Part shown: piece by piece, positions 10,161-21,137 of the stretch | Position numbering within the stretch: the first letter of the stretch is position 1 | How the letters are laid out: each line of letters opens with the position of its first letter | Virus record (IMG/VR): IMGVR_UViG_3300045125_000071 | Span: 171,582-235,581 of that record | From: a virus | Reading direction: 5' to 3' (one strand) | DNA: 64,000 nt | Position numbers and translations under genes: made by a program | Notes under the pieces: generated by a model | The model's input: only the letters and a program-made list of their open reading frames with translations | What the model was told of the DNA's origin: nothing | The model's database searches: none

Positions 10161-11492
10161 ATGGGAAGAGTTAACAAACGGACTAAGTCAGCATTCGCAG
10201 ATTTAACTGGAAACGAGAGGGAAGTAAGCGCGTATGACATATTCCTTAACTTGAACAATCCAACGGAACCGTCGAGTACTCTGCTGGGCCTAATCTCCAA
10301 TTATAGGGTGTATATCGAATCAAACAGGTTGGTCATCGAGCGAATCGGATTGGTGGAAGAATTAATCATGCAACTCAGGACGTATGAAAACATGGATGAC
10401 ATTAAGATATCCAACATCAGGAACTACATCTACGCTCGTGCGCCTTTCTACAGGAAGGACATCAAGACCAAGGATGTTCGTGTCATCGTGGACAGCACCG
10501 ATATTTGGAATGTACCTCTGGATGAGCTAAATTCGAACGAGGAATTCATGAACAAAGCCAAGGAGGCCCTGAGGGAAAAGATGAAAGCTGTCATCGATAA
10601 GAACCTGGAACGACTTCAGGAACTGAATGAAAAGATTTCATCTGAAATGAAAGTTGGGGTGGATGATTAATCACGTATTACATAAATCTAACAAATATGG
10701 AAAACAGTGTTTACACTCAGGAGACGTATGACAAGTATTTTAAAGCGGCTGAGGATTACGCCAGGATGTGGGGAATCACTGATGTTCATGTAATAGAAAT
10801 CATGACATCGGTAATGTTGCACAGGGATAATCTGAGACCTGGTGGTGGCTTTGTACAGTCAGTTGTCGCCAACGACCTGTATCAGGCTATCAATAGAGCT
10901 GATGATACCTGCATTAAGTACTTGAAACAAATTGTTGCGGCTAAATACAATTGTCATGTCAGATAAGAAGATAAAGGTTAATGGTGTCTTCACCAAGATT
11001 TCAGGTGATGATAAAAAACTGTCTGAATGGGAAGTGTTTAAATCAAACACCGCCCGCGCCGCAGCTAAGATTGGTAATAATACCAAAAAAGCTCGCATAC
11101 AGGCTAAGCTTAAGCGTTACAGTGAAATCATCCAGAGCGAACAGTTCATCAGCATGATTGCAGAACTGACTCAGCTGGAACATGAAATCATACAGAATCA
11201 GTGCTCGGTAAACCCAAAGATTACCATGGGCACCCTGAAACAAACCAGGAACGGCAACGTCGTGGAACATCTGATTGCGCGTGCACCATTCCCATTCAAG
11301 GATAAGAACAGAAATGAATTTCGCATGTATCTGGGGAAAATGGGCGAACTTCCATATGCGACGGTGGAGGATGTGTGCAAGGATTCCAGGTTCATGGTCG
11401 AAGTGGAGAAAAAGGTCGTTTCAGCAATGAACGATATCATCGCTGGAAAAACCAATTCAAAAGTATATATGGGTAACAATCCAGAGACATGA
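10161..11492 (+). other. three hypothetical ORFs (10161-10670, 10697-10966, 10956-11492)
   Basis: ORF track; first and third share an ARAPF motif. Confidence 0.6.
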
Positions 11493-11625
11493 GAAAAATA
11501 TTGAAGTGGGCGGAATGGAAAATTGATTTATATATCGCCTATTTTATGTACAATCCAGGTAAACGGTACCACTATCATCGCTACATGATTAAAAAGTGGG
11601 GTGATAAATATTTAAATACGTTTCA

Positions 11626-12063
11626 ATGAATCGACCAAATGAGCAATTGGGGTCCGCAGCCCCATCGCCATGGACAATCGCACCAATGGCATTGCTGGCT
11701 CTTTTCCTTTCCTTCTTCGGATTCCCATTTCTATTCCTAGTTGTAATTTACCAGTTCTTCGAACTCTGGTTCTGGGACTATGAATTGTATGACCGAACCA
11801 TCGTGGAAAAGAAAGGAATATTCTCCGTGTCATACAGGGAGGTTCATTACGCCCGAATCAAATCAATCATGGTGGACCAACCATTCCTGCTCCGCATAGT
11901 GGGTCTGTCGAACATCACCATCAAATCAAGTGACCCTTACATGCCCATCCTGGAAATAAAAGCGGTTTCAGATGGTTTGCAATTAAAGGAGTTCATCAGC
12001 CAGAAAATGTACGAATGGCGAAAAGCCGAAGGCATTAAGGAATTCGATATGTACAATCTGTAA
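11626..12063 (+). CDS. membrane protein with bacterial PH (bPH_2, YdbS-like) domain
   Basis: N-terminal hydrophobic segment; KKGIFS..EVHYARIKSIMVDQPFLLRIVGLSNITIKS pattern. Confidence 0.7.
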   Translation: MNRPNEQLGSAAPSPWTIAPMALLALFLSFFGFPFLFLVVIYQFFELWFWDYELYDRTIVEKKGIFSVSYREVHYARIKSIMVDQPFLLRIVGLSNITIKSSDPYMPILEIKAVSDGLQLKEFISQKMYEWRKAEGIKEFDMYNL

Positions 12064-12154
12064 TTCCCGCGTATTACATTTTCAAAAAAAAGTTGCCCTG
12101 AAATTTTTTTATTCGGCCAGAATTTGTTATATTTTATATATAAACAAATGTAAA

Positions 12155-12361
12155 ATGAATAACAAAAAAATGAAAAGGGTCGGCACCCAAAAGAACGCCA
12201 GCAATTACACCCGCACAGGGAATAACATCTACTTCGACGGCTACTCGTACCGTGTACGCGTGAGCGTAGATGGTGTCAGGTACAGCAGGAACTTTACAAC
12301 AAAGAAAGCAGCAATGCAGTACCGTAAACAATTGCTCTCCGAGCAACTAGAAGTCGCGTAA
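12155..12361 (+). CDS. small basic AP2-like DNA-binding protein
   Basis: NIYFDGYSYRVRVSVDGVRYSRNFTTKKAAMQYR: three-strand-plus-helix AP2/arm-binding pattern. Confidence 0.5.
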   Translation: MNNKKMKRVGTQKNASNYTRTGNNIYFDGYSYRVRVSVDGVRYSRNFTTKKAAMQYRKQLLSEQLEVA

Positions 12362-12385
12362 TACAATAATCTTGCATGCCGTGCA

Positions 12386-12417
12386 ATGCCAGTGCTTTAT
12401 GTACTGGCATTTTTTTT
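12386..12417 (+). terminator. Rho-independent terminator closing the + block
   Basis: ATGCCAGTGC-TTTAT-GTACTGGCAT followed by T-run. Confidence 0.8.
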
Positions 12418-12459
12418 GCACAACATATTACAAAAATTTATATATGTATTACTACCGCA

Positions 12460-12475
12460 TGTTCCACGTGGAACA
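12460..12475. promoter_or_regulatory. chromosomal-type parS (ParB/Spo0J site)
   Basis: perfect palindrome TGTTCCACGTGGAACA, matching the bacterial parS consensus, in intergenic DNA. Confidence 0.8.
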
Positions 12476-12525
12476 TATCCTGGCGGCTCCGCGTATGACA
12501 ATGTGTATGTATGACACATTATTAG

Positions 12526-12534
12526 TTATCCACA
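12526..12534 (+). promoter_or_regulatory. DnaA box
   Basis: TTATCCACA, 50 bp from parS in non-coding DNA. Confidence 0.5.
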
Positions 12535-12808
12535 ATATATGCACTGACATTATGACATGCCAGGGCCAGAAATTTTGTCAGTAGGTCGAGATTGGGACGT
12601 AGGACAATCCCCAAATGTATTACAACTATTTTACATATTATCTACTTATTTATATTCAATATATTAGAACTGAATTTTTGTGGGTTTGTAATACTTAAAA
12701 CGCCAATAAATTAATTACGACAAAATGACCTGACTAAATAACCCTTTTAGATTACAAACAACTGACATTATGTTAGTAACATTTCTTTGCACAATAACAT
12801 AAATTATA

Positions 12809-13144
12809 TTAGTGTGCATCCCATATTAGGGGTTCATCGCAGTTCGGACATTCATTAAGAACCAGTAAATTATTCTTTCGGAAGCTCCATTTTTCTACTA
12901 TCTCTTTATCGTTTTCAGTTAGTTTTCGGTATCCATCAAGACAACCTATCTCGCCATTTATGTCATAGTATTTTCCTTTGTACCTTGTAATGACATGGTT
13001 CATTTCCTGGTTTATGTATGGTATACAATTCTTATACATTCTACTTAGTAATACATGGAACCTATAACATCCTCCCCTTGTAAAAATATATTCCATGTAT
13101 CCATCGGTGTTCCTTAGTTCATCTATGAATTTTTCCAAAGTCAT
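12809..13144 (-). CDS. hypothetical protein with C-terminal CxxC
   Basis: ORF track; FTRGGCYRFH..YYDING motif. Confidence 0.6.
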   Translation of the reverse strand: MTLEKFIDELRNTDGYMEYIFTRGGCYRFHVLLSRMYKNCIPYINQEMNHVITRYKGKYYDINGEIGCLDGYRKLTENDKEIVEKWSFRKNNLLVLNECPNCDEPLIWDAH

Positions 13145-13745
13145 AGTTCTTCCTTTCCTATTTGCAGGGTCTTCAGGTGTTTGATTAGTTCTTCTAGGTT
13201 ATAGGGTTCAAAGTCTGGGTTTCCGTCAATACCTATATCCATTCTCCTACCTTTTGAAATCTTCATTATGGTTAGGAAGATGACAATGACCGTGTAGGTG
13301 TATGCGACCTTTACGGAGGTTGTTCCATGTTTCCAAAGGGTAGTGCATACATTCTATGGTTTCTTCTTTGTATTCGAATTGTTCGAACCAATTTACGGAT
13401 AGGAATAATTTTTCTTATGTTATTATGATTCTTATCAATGTGATGGTCATGGTTACCGAGAATGAGGTGTATGTTTTTACATATGATTCTATTACGGAAT
13501 TCTTCGATGTTTTCAAATCCACCGAAACTCCAATCTCCCAGGTGTATTAGAATATCGTCTTCTTTAACAAGGTTGTTTATATTGTTGACGATTGCATCAT
13601 TCATCTCTTCAAGGGTATTGAAGTTCCTTGTTCTTTCTGTGGGTATTTCTCCTTCTGGTGTTCTCCAATTTGTTGTTCCTCTACAGATATTTTTCTGTGA
13701 GTAATGGGTATCGGAGGTTAACCATATGGTTTTATTGTTATCCAA
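13141..13745 (-). CDS. calcineurin-like metallophosphoesterase (frameshifted)
   Basis: SDTH, HLGD and LGNHD motifs; HLHGHCH downstream in another frame. Confidence 0.85.
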
Positions 13746-13766
13746 TTTTTATCATTCTCCAACATT

Positions 13767-14633
13767 TTAAAAATAATCCTTAATAAATAATGAATCCCAG
13801 TTTGTTTTATTGTTGCTTCTGCTTGATGGTGCAAAGTATTCTTCCACCGCATTTATATAAAACGAGTGTTCCCCTTGATTGAAGACATTCCAGTTATCAT
13901 CGCTGAAGAATCGTTTCATATTCAATTGTTCCAATGCCAGGTTGTCAAATGATGTTACATCGAATATATTAAACATCTTTCTTACCCACCAAAACCATTG
14001 CCGATGGTTCTTTGTGGTTAAATCAACCTTTCCCTCATTGAAACCGAAATTCTTTTCTCCCAATATTAATATCTTCCTAACACCTTTATTCCTTAGATTG
14101 ATTACATCCATAATGCTGTCAATCCCCGCGATTACATGGATAACCGTGTGCTCGTAAGCCAATATGGATTCTGGCACCTTCCAATTTAAATGATGACCGA
14201 TATGATATCCCCAAACCCTTAATCAACCCATTGTGGATTAGAGATTTTAATATCTTCTCATCCCTGTTTATATGACCCTGATTTATGGTTAAATTGACAA
14301 TATATCCCTTGCCAATTGCTCCAGCGAATAAAATCAAATAAATCCATTGTGATTTCATTTGCCCCAATTGCAAGTTCAACCCCCTTTGGAAGACCCGTTA
14401 ACCTATCCTTTAACTTATGATAATCACATTCATCCCCATCGGTTCTTGCGGATTCATGACAAAATTTGCAAAATGCCGAATTGGTCTTTGGATTATATCC
14501 ATATGCGCATTTTGTGCTTAACCCTTATGTCGATGTTCAAAGGATAATCCAATTCAAGCGTGTTCTCAAATTGAATTACCCTTGTCCCATCTCCATGCAA
14601 TTCAATCATTGCATTTCCGTTATTGTATATCAT
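13767..14633 (-). CDS. radical SAM protein (frameshifted)
   Basis: Manual translation from 14633: DIRVSTKC-AYGYNPKTNSAF-CKFCHES; later NLTINQGH, GLGISYR, VIHVIAGI. Confidence 0.7.
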
Positions 14634-14658
14634 TGTTTGTCCCGCGAAATTATAAATC

Positions 14659-15537
14659 TTATATCTCCGTTATGGTGAACCTGATAACCTTGACCAAACC
14701 TGGAACCTTTCTCATCTCATCCGTTATCAACTTATAACGTTTCCCCCAATCATTGTCATTTTTATTAATCAAACCCTTCCGCTCCAATTCCTTCTGAATC
14801 TCATAATAACGATTATCATCCTCCCTTTCCAAAAGGATTTCGCCATTTGAAAAATCCTGATGCAAATGGTGTCCAAGTTCATAGAAAACTCCGCGATGTC
14901 TGGTGATTTTCCATAAAATCGAATCATCGCTATTAAAACGACCATCCTCGCTTACCAACACGCCCCCCAAAAGCGAATGAATCGCATCACTTATCTCTTC
15001 ATCCGTTGGCTTGGTCAAAAACTTTGCGGTTGTCTTGAAATTATCAATGGTTAACTCAAACTTGAATTGCGGACGAATCATCTTCCCCATCCCTGTACTC
15101 AGGAACATGATAAAATTCGGGAGCAGCCGTGCTGTTGTCATTGCCACCAAATAACCATGAATTCTTGTTGAATATGAAATTCCTCAAATCATGCTTGCCA
15201 TTCGGAACAATGCCATATGATTCATGGTCAATGTAGCCATCATCCAACCCATTAAATCGAACATCCGTCGCCCCAGTCTGCTCCATGATTACCTCTTTCA
15301 ACATTTCCAACTTTTCATCATTATTGGCGAACGATTGGGCGGCATAACTCGCCTTGGTCGGAGCATCATTATTTTTGAACCAATCCCAACCATATTCCCC
15401 ACCAAATATTTCCACAACACCATATTGGTCTGGATATAAGGTGTCAAGAACAAATTGCTTATCCTCCGATGCAAGCGAAATGGAATGTGACGATGAGCTG
15501 TTTGTCTCAAAACCCCCTTTCTGATTAATTTCTTCAT
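14659..15537 (-). other. ETNSSS-motif protein (~15056-15537, frameshifted) and a downstream hypothetical ORF
   Basis: MKKLIRKGV / FETNSSSSHSI motif; FIFNKNSWLFGGNDN. Confidence 0.55.
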
Positions 15538-15554
15538 GATTCCGTTTGTTTGTA

Positions 15555-16119
15555 TTAATAGATATTTGATTTGACCTGGTCCATCTCAACGCTTCTCTTC
15601 TGCATCAATATTTCATTCTCATATGTTATCTTCACCTGTTTGTATTTGGATATCTCAACCTGAACATTTGTGTTATCCTTATATAACCATGTTGTGGAAT
15701 ATTGGCAATTTTCAGATTGAACCGCAACCATTTCATAACCATCATTCAATTCATATGGTGCGGTGAATTTTTCCGATATATAATCTGGTTGACCATATTT
15801 CTTTGTCAAAGTTTCAACCATCTCTTCGTATTTTTCATTTAACATATCCCAGGTTTCCTGCTTTTCCAAATATACGGTTAATCTACAGAACTGTTTTGAT
15901 TTTGGTGTCAAAATCAAATACAATTCAACATCCTGCAACATGATTTTTCCGCTCATGTAGATTGCAAGGTCGTCGGTTTTCATTACTTTGAACCCCTTCT
16001 GTTTGAACCTCTCAACTGCCACCGAAGCATTGCCAGAAATGTTAACCCCATAAAATTGTTGGGAATAAGATTGAAAGCGAGAATAAAACGAAAGCCAGGA
16101 TTGAAATAACTGTTCTCAT
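15555..16119 (-). CDS. secreted Bacteroidota-like hypothetical protein (frameshifted near N-terminus)
   Basis: hydrophobic leader MRTVISILASF; LTKKYGQP..PYELNDGYEM motif. Confidence 0.5.
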
Positions 16120-19100
16120 GATATATTTTTTGTAAAAATATGCAATTCTTTTTCTATTTACCAAATATTTTTATTTATTTGGAAAATTTTTGTTTCCCGC
16201 GAAATCAAAAAACGGCACCGTTTCATGGGTGCCGCCTTTGGTGTGGTTTTATTTAATTTAAAACCCTTAACACATGTTGGTCGTTATGGCTGAATAATCC
16301 TTAAACCCATCAGATGGCATGTCCTTATATTCCCACCCTTTCTTCCCATAAAAACATCTCCTAAAATCAAGAAACTCACTGCATTCTCATATTCCTCCTT
16401 CGCCAAGAGCATCATCAAAGCAATATCACACATGTCATCAAACTCTTCCAAGGTATAATCCTCATACTTATCCTTTATGAACATCTCAACAAAATCACTG
16501 GGCAATGTTATGGACTTGTTGGTGACCTCTTTTACATGGATAAGCAATCGGCAGAATTGCAACATGTTCGGCATCTCCCTCGTAAAAACATTCATCAATA
16601 TCTTCTTCATCTTCTTCCGTGTATTTGGTCAATGTAATGGTATTCTCCACCTTCATCCCAAATCAATTCATAAAACGCATCATCCCGTCTGATTGTGAAA
16701 GCAAGCACCTTTCCTCGATATTGGTTTCATACCTAAAACCTTGTAATTCAATGAATTCTCTTGTCAACCTCATGATAATGGATTTAGTTACCTGTGAAGG
16801 TAATAATGTTTATCCATATAACCAAATTTATCATTCATATTTGTCCATGTCCGCCCCATCAAGATGGTCGTAAATCCAATCCAAAGCATTGGTAAAGAAC
16901 AATCCCATACAAATCAAGACAAGAACGGTGATTAGAAACATCATATGGTTTAAAGCTTGAACGGTTTCGGTTACATAATACTTTTTCTCGATATTAACGA
17001 TTCTATCTGGGTCCACGAACGACCTATTGCTGACCCAATATCTTCCTTCATATAGAAAGGTTCTAACCTTCCTCTCAATGCCATTATCGATTGCAGTTAC
17101 CTCATATTGGTTATTTGGGTCGAACCTGGCATGAAATATCAACGTATCTTCTTCTTGCCTGGATAAACTTTCCTGATATGTTGAATTCTTATTCAACCAT
17201 TCAAACATGTGAATCCTTTCATTCTCCGACATTTCATTCCAATACCTGCTCGTTAAACTCTGCCAAAACATGGCTCTTGCGATGGGTCTAGGCGGAATGC
17301 AAGCTTCTGCAAGGAAAGCAAGTTCAAAAAAATCAATCGTGAAGTTGCTCATTTTGTTGTGGTATTGTGTCGTTGATAATACTATAAAATTCTTGGGCAG
17401 ATTTCGGGTTTTGTTGTTCGAATAATTTGAACGCCAACTGATATTTGATATATGAATCTCGCATATACTCCAATTCAGATACCATGGAATCACTCACATC
17501 TTTTTGTCTGGACAATTCATTCAAATTGGTATTGAGCGTTTCAATCTTTAATTCGGCATCACTTAACTTGTCGCCCAAATTAATCAGATAGAATAACATT
17601 AATACCAATGTTATAATACTTAATACATTATATGTGATAACAAACCCTTTTCTATTCATAAAGCTTTGGTTTTTTGAATTGATAAAATTTTTATACTTGC
17701 GTGTGGAACGGATTCTGATGGGTCTGTTTCCAATAATACATATTTCAAGATGAAATCAACATCAACATTTTCATCATGCAGCATCCACACATCGTCTGGA
17801 TGAATGGGGTATTCGACGATACTTCCATCTATTTTTTTGCAGGATACAATCCAGCTATCCTCTCTCTGATATACAGTCCCTCTCATTATCTGTTTCTATT
17901 CGGTGAAGTTAACAAATATCTTGCAATCAATACCAAAATCATTATCCCCCATATGGTGAAAATTATCATGGCTCTTTTTGTTCCTGTTGAATATTCATGC
18001 CATGACTTGCTGGTCAATTTATTTAAGATGTCACAACCCTGGGTTTTGGTGATGATTGCTATATAAATTGCCAACAAGGATATTGATTTCATGTTATTTC
18101 TATTTTAACGAATCCCGTTTTTTTGTTCTTTCAATACATTTTACACAATCAATGTAGTGTTCAATGTTACACCTATCATTAAGTTTGTAGATAAGTAAAT
18201 ATTCATGACCATCACTACCTAATACAATGCCATTACCATCCCAATCAATTTCATCATCAAACATTATTTTAAATGGTTTTGGGTATGTAGATGTAATTGT
18301 ATCTCCAATTAATCTTTTGTACTCTTTTTTGGAGATTGTTATTGTATCGTTACTACCACACGAAAAAAGTGTAAGAGTGATAATTGAGAATAAAATTGTC
18401 TTTTTCATTATTTGTTGGTAATTAATTATATTTTATTTATTTTTCTATACGGACCATCATCATTATAATGATGAAACTCCCAGTCAACATCTCCACTAAC
18501 TTTTTGATTTCTATCAATCAATTCATTTATAGCTTGATTGAACATATAATTTATATTTGGTTTTATCGGTTCCATATTCTGGATATAAGCCAAGCAAGCA
18601 TATAAACCATCATATGCATATTTTTCAGTATGTTCCAATATCCAATCAAAATCTTCTTCAGCTATCGATACGGATTGTGCGGTTGCAAACGCAAAGAAAT
18701 CATTGGCATTCATATCAGCACTGAACATCGATTGATGGAACATCTTAACCGCTTCGTGCTTCGATTTTTCCATTTCCCTTGCTTGTTCAAGAAACTCCAT
18801 AAGTGTTTCTTTATCCCAAACTTTATTACCATTTATATGGTCGCAAAATTTATCCGATTCTATCTGTTCTATTAACCAATTAGTTACCTTATGTTCAGTC
18901 ATGTTATTTGTTTTAGATAAGCCTACCTTCACCGCTCTCATACCATTTTTCAACACTTCCATACTTATCAATCATCGCATTAGTTTCCGACTCTACTTTT
19001 CTGTAAGCGTTCCTCCAATAAATTCTTGTTTGTTCATCTGCGGATTTATTATATGTACCCGTAAATAACATCAATTCATCTATTTCTTTATCAGACAAAT

Positions 19101-19924
19101 GAAATGGGTCTTTATGATTTAATTTATTTTTTTCCATATCTTTCATTGTAATATTCTTCCGCTTCTTCCAAGTACACTTCTTTGTCAGGAGTTGGTAGAA
19201 ATGGTGCTGTTACTCTTGCTTCTATCATCTGCTGCTTCTCCATTTCTTTGGCTTGCTCAATTATATAATTGAGTTCAATCATTTCTGGTTTATCAGTAAT
19301 CCACAAAAATCCTGCATCAAATGCAGCATTTATAAACCATTGAACTGCTGTCTGTGCCATTGCTGGTTTTGTTTCTTTTTCTGTGAGTTCGTTCACTTTA
19401 TCATACAGCTCATTCAGTTCTTCCTCTGTTGCGTTCTCAAAGAATGAGTCAAGCTTGTCAAGGATTTGTTGGTGTTTATTGTTCTGTTCCATGTGTTTGG
19501 TTGTAAAATTTTTCAATATACGGTGCTTCTACTTTTGTCAACCCCCAATTTTCAGCAACCTTGACACCAAATTCAATCATACGCTCCTTCTCCATTTGTT
19601 TTGCTCTTTCAAATAATCCTTCATACGCCATCTCCTGTTCGTGAGTGAAACTATCGTACAAACATTCCCGTAGCCAATCAACTGCCGTCTGTTGTGCCAT
19701 ATTATTATTTTGCATCGGTGTTTTTATCTTGAGTTTTGATATCAAGCCTTTTCTTCGAACCTTCCAAAAAAACAATAAACCAAATATGGTTATAAACCAC
19801 CTCAAAAATGGGACGGTATCATGGTATATGAAATGTCTACATACATACAGACCAATCAAACCAGCATAAACATAAGATAAAAAACTGAACAACTTTCTCA
19901 TATTTTACATTTTTTTATTTCATC

Positions 19925-21137
19925 TTCCACTTTGCTCCAATAGATGGCATATATGGCTGATACGTCATTGCTAAGGTTTTCTATAAGTTGTTTTTTTACC
20001 TCAGCACATACGTATAAAGCAATGTCTTTAGCAGTGAGATGATTCTTATCATCTGATGGTTCATGACACCATCTTGTATAAGCATCTTCATAAAGTCTGT
20101 CTGCCATTTTTTTCGGTGTCATAACTTTGTGATTTCTTGTTTTGTTTTATCAATAATTAGCTGTCCTATATATTTTCTACATATGTCTGCTGTTTCTAAT
20201 TGATTTTGTTTTTTTGCAGCATCATAAGCAGCAGCAGTATAAGCAGCATAAGCAGCATCAGCAGCATAAGCAGCATCAGCAGCAGCAGCAGTATAAGCAG
20301 TATAAGCAGCATCAGCAGCATAAGCAGCATCAGCAGCAGCAGCAGCAGCAGCAGTAGCAGTATAAGCAGCATAAGCAGCATCAGCAGCATAAGCAGCATC
20401 AGCAGCAATATCCAATTGTCTTCTATTTATTTTCCCTTCTCCAAAAGAAATTGCAGCATCAACTGCCGCTATACTTCTTTCATCCTTCATTAAGTGTCTG
20501 ACAGTGTTCGCACAATGTCCTTTTGCTAACGTTATAGGTTGTAATTTAATGTCCACTCTTTGTGCTAACCACAAAAGCCAATCGCCTCTATGGCATTTTT
20601 CGACCACCTCTTCAATAGTCATATCACTAGCCCAGTCTTTGGCTTCTTGACAGGCATTTAGGTTTATTAGCAGTTGTGCGAATGTTTTTTCTGTTTTCAT
20701 GTTATTCGGTTTTTGTTTGCGGTCTTGCAAAATCCTAAATCTTTTTCCGTCTTTATCTTTAAATTCTAATACATCGTTTTCAATTGCAGCTATTGTCATT
20801 TCCAATATTTCTTTGCCATACGCAAATTGCACAGGTTCATCATCATCGAATTGAAAACAGTATTCTACAGAGTCTTGTATCCATTCTTCGTATGTTTGTA
20901 TTGCCATGTTATTTGATTTTACTTTTTACTTATTTCACTTTCCACCTCACTCCAATAGATGGCATGTATGGTTGATACGTCATTACTAAGGTTTTCTATT
21001 AGTTGTTTTTTCACCTCAGCACATACGTATAAAGCAATGTCTTTAGCAGTGATGTGATTCTTATCATGTGATAGTTCGTGACACCACCTTGTATAAGCAT
21101 CTTCATAAAGTCTGTCTGCCATTTCTTTAGGTGTCAT
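19925..21137 (-). repeat. ~200-bp direct repeat, roughly 90% identical by eye (about 19925-20122 and 20940-21137)
   Basis: Near-identical ORFs 19898-20122 and 20919-21140 (MTPK[KE]MADRLYEDAYTRWCHE...). Confidence 0.9.
20119..20700 (-). CDS. Imm5-like/Ala-rich repeat protein
   Basis: LNACQEAKDWA..RGDWLLWL..DERSIAAVDAA then (AADAAY)n; start revised to MKTEKTF; tandem repeat 20216-20408. Confidence 0.55.
   Translation of the reverse strand: MKTEKTFAQLLINLNACQEAKDWASDMTIEEVVEKCHRGDWLLWLAQRVDIKLQPITLAKGHCANTVRHLMKDERSIAAVDAAISFGEGKINRRQLDIAADAAYAADAAYAAYTATAAAAAAADAAYAADAAYTAYTAAAADAAYAADAAYAAYTAAAYDAAKKQNQLETADICRKYIGQLIIDKTKQEITKL

Noticed and set aside
12787..12814. dif-like XerCD site (ATAA-N6-TTAT)
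   Set aside because: Only 7/11 match to the XerD arm, overlaps a stop codon, and this core is common in AT-rich DNA.
20196..20493. Poly-Leu and poly-Ser ORFs
   Set aside because: Alternative-frame shadows of the Ala-rich repeat.
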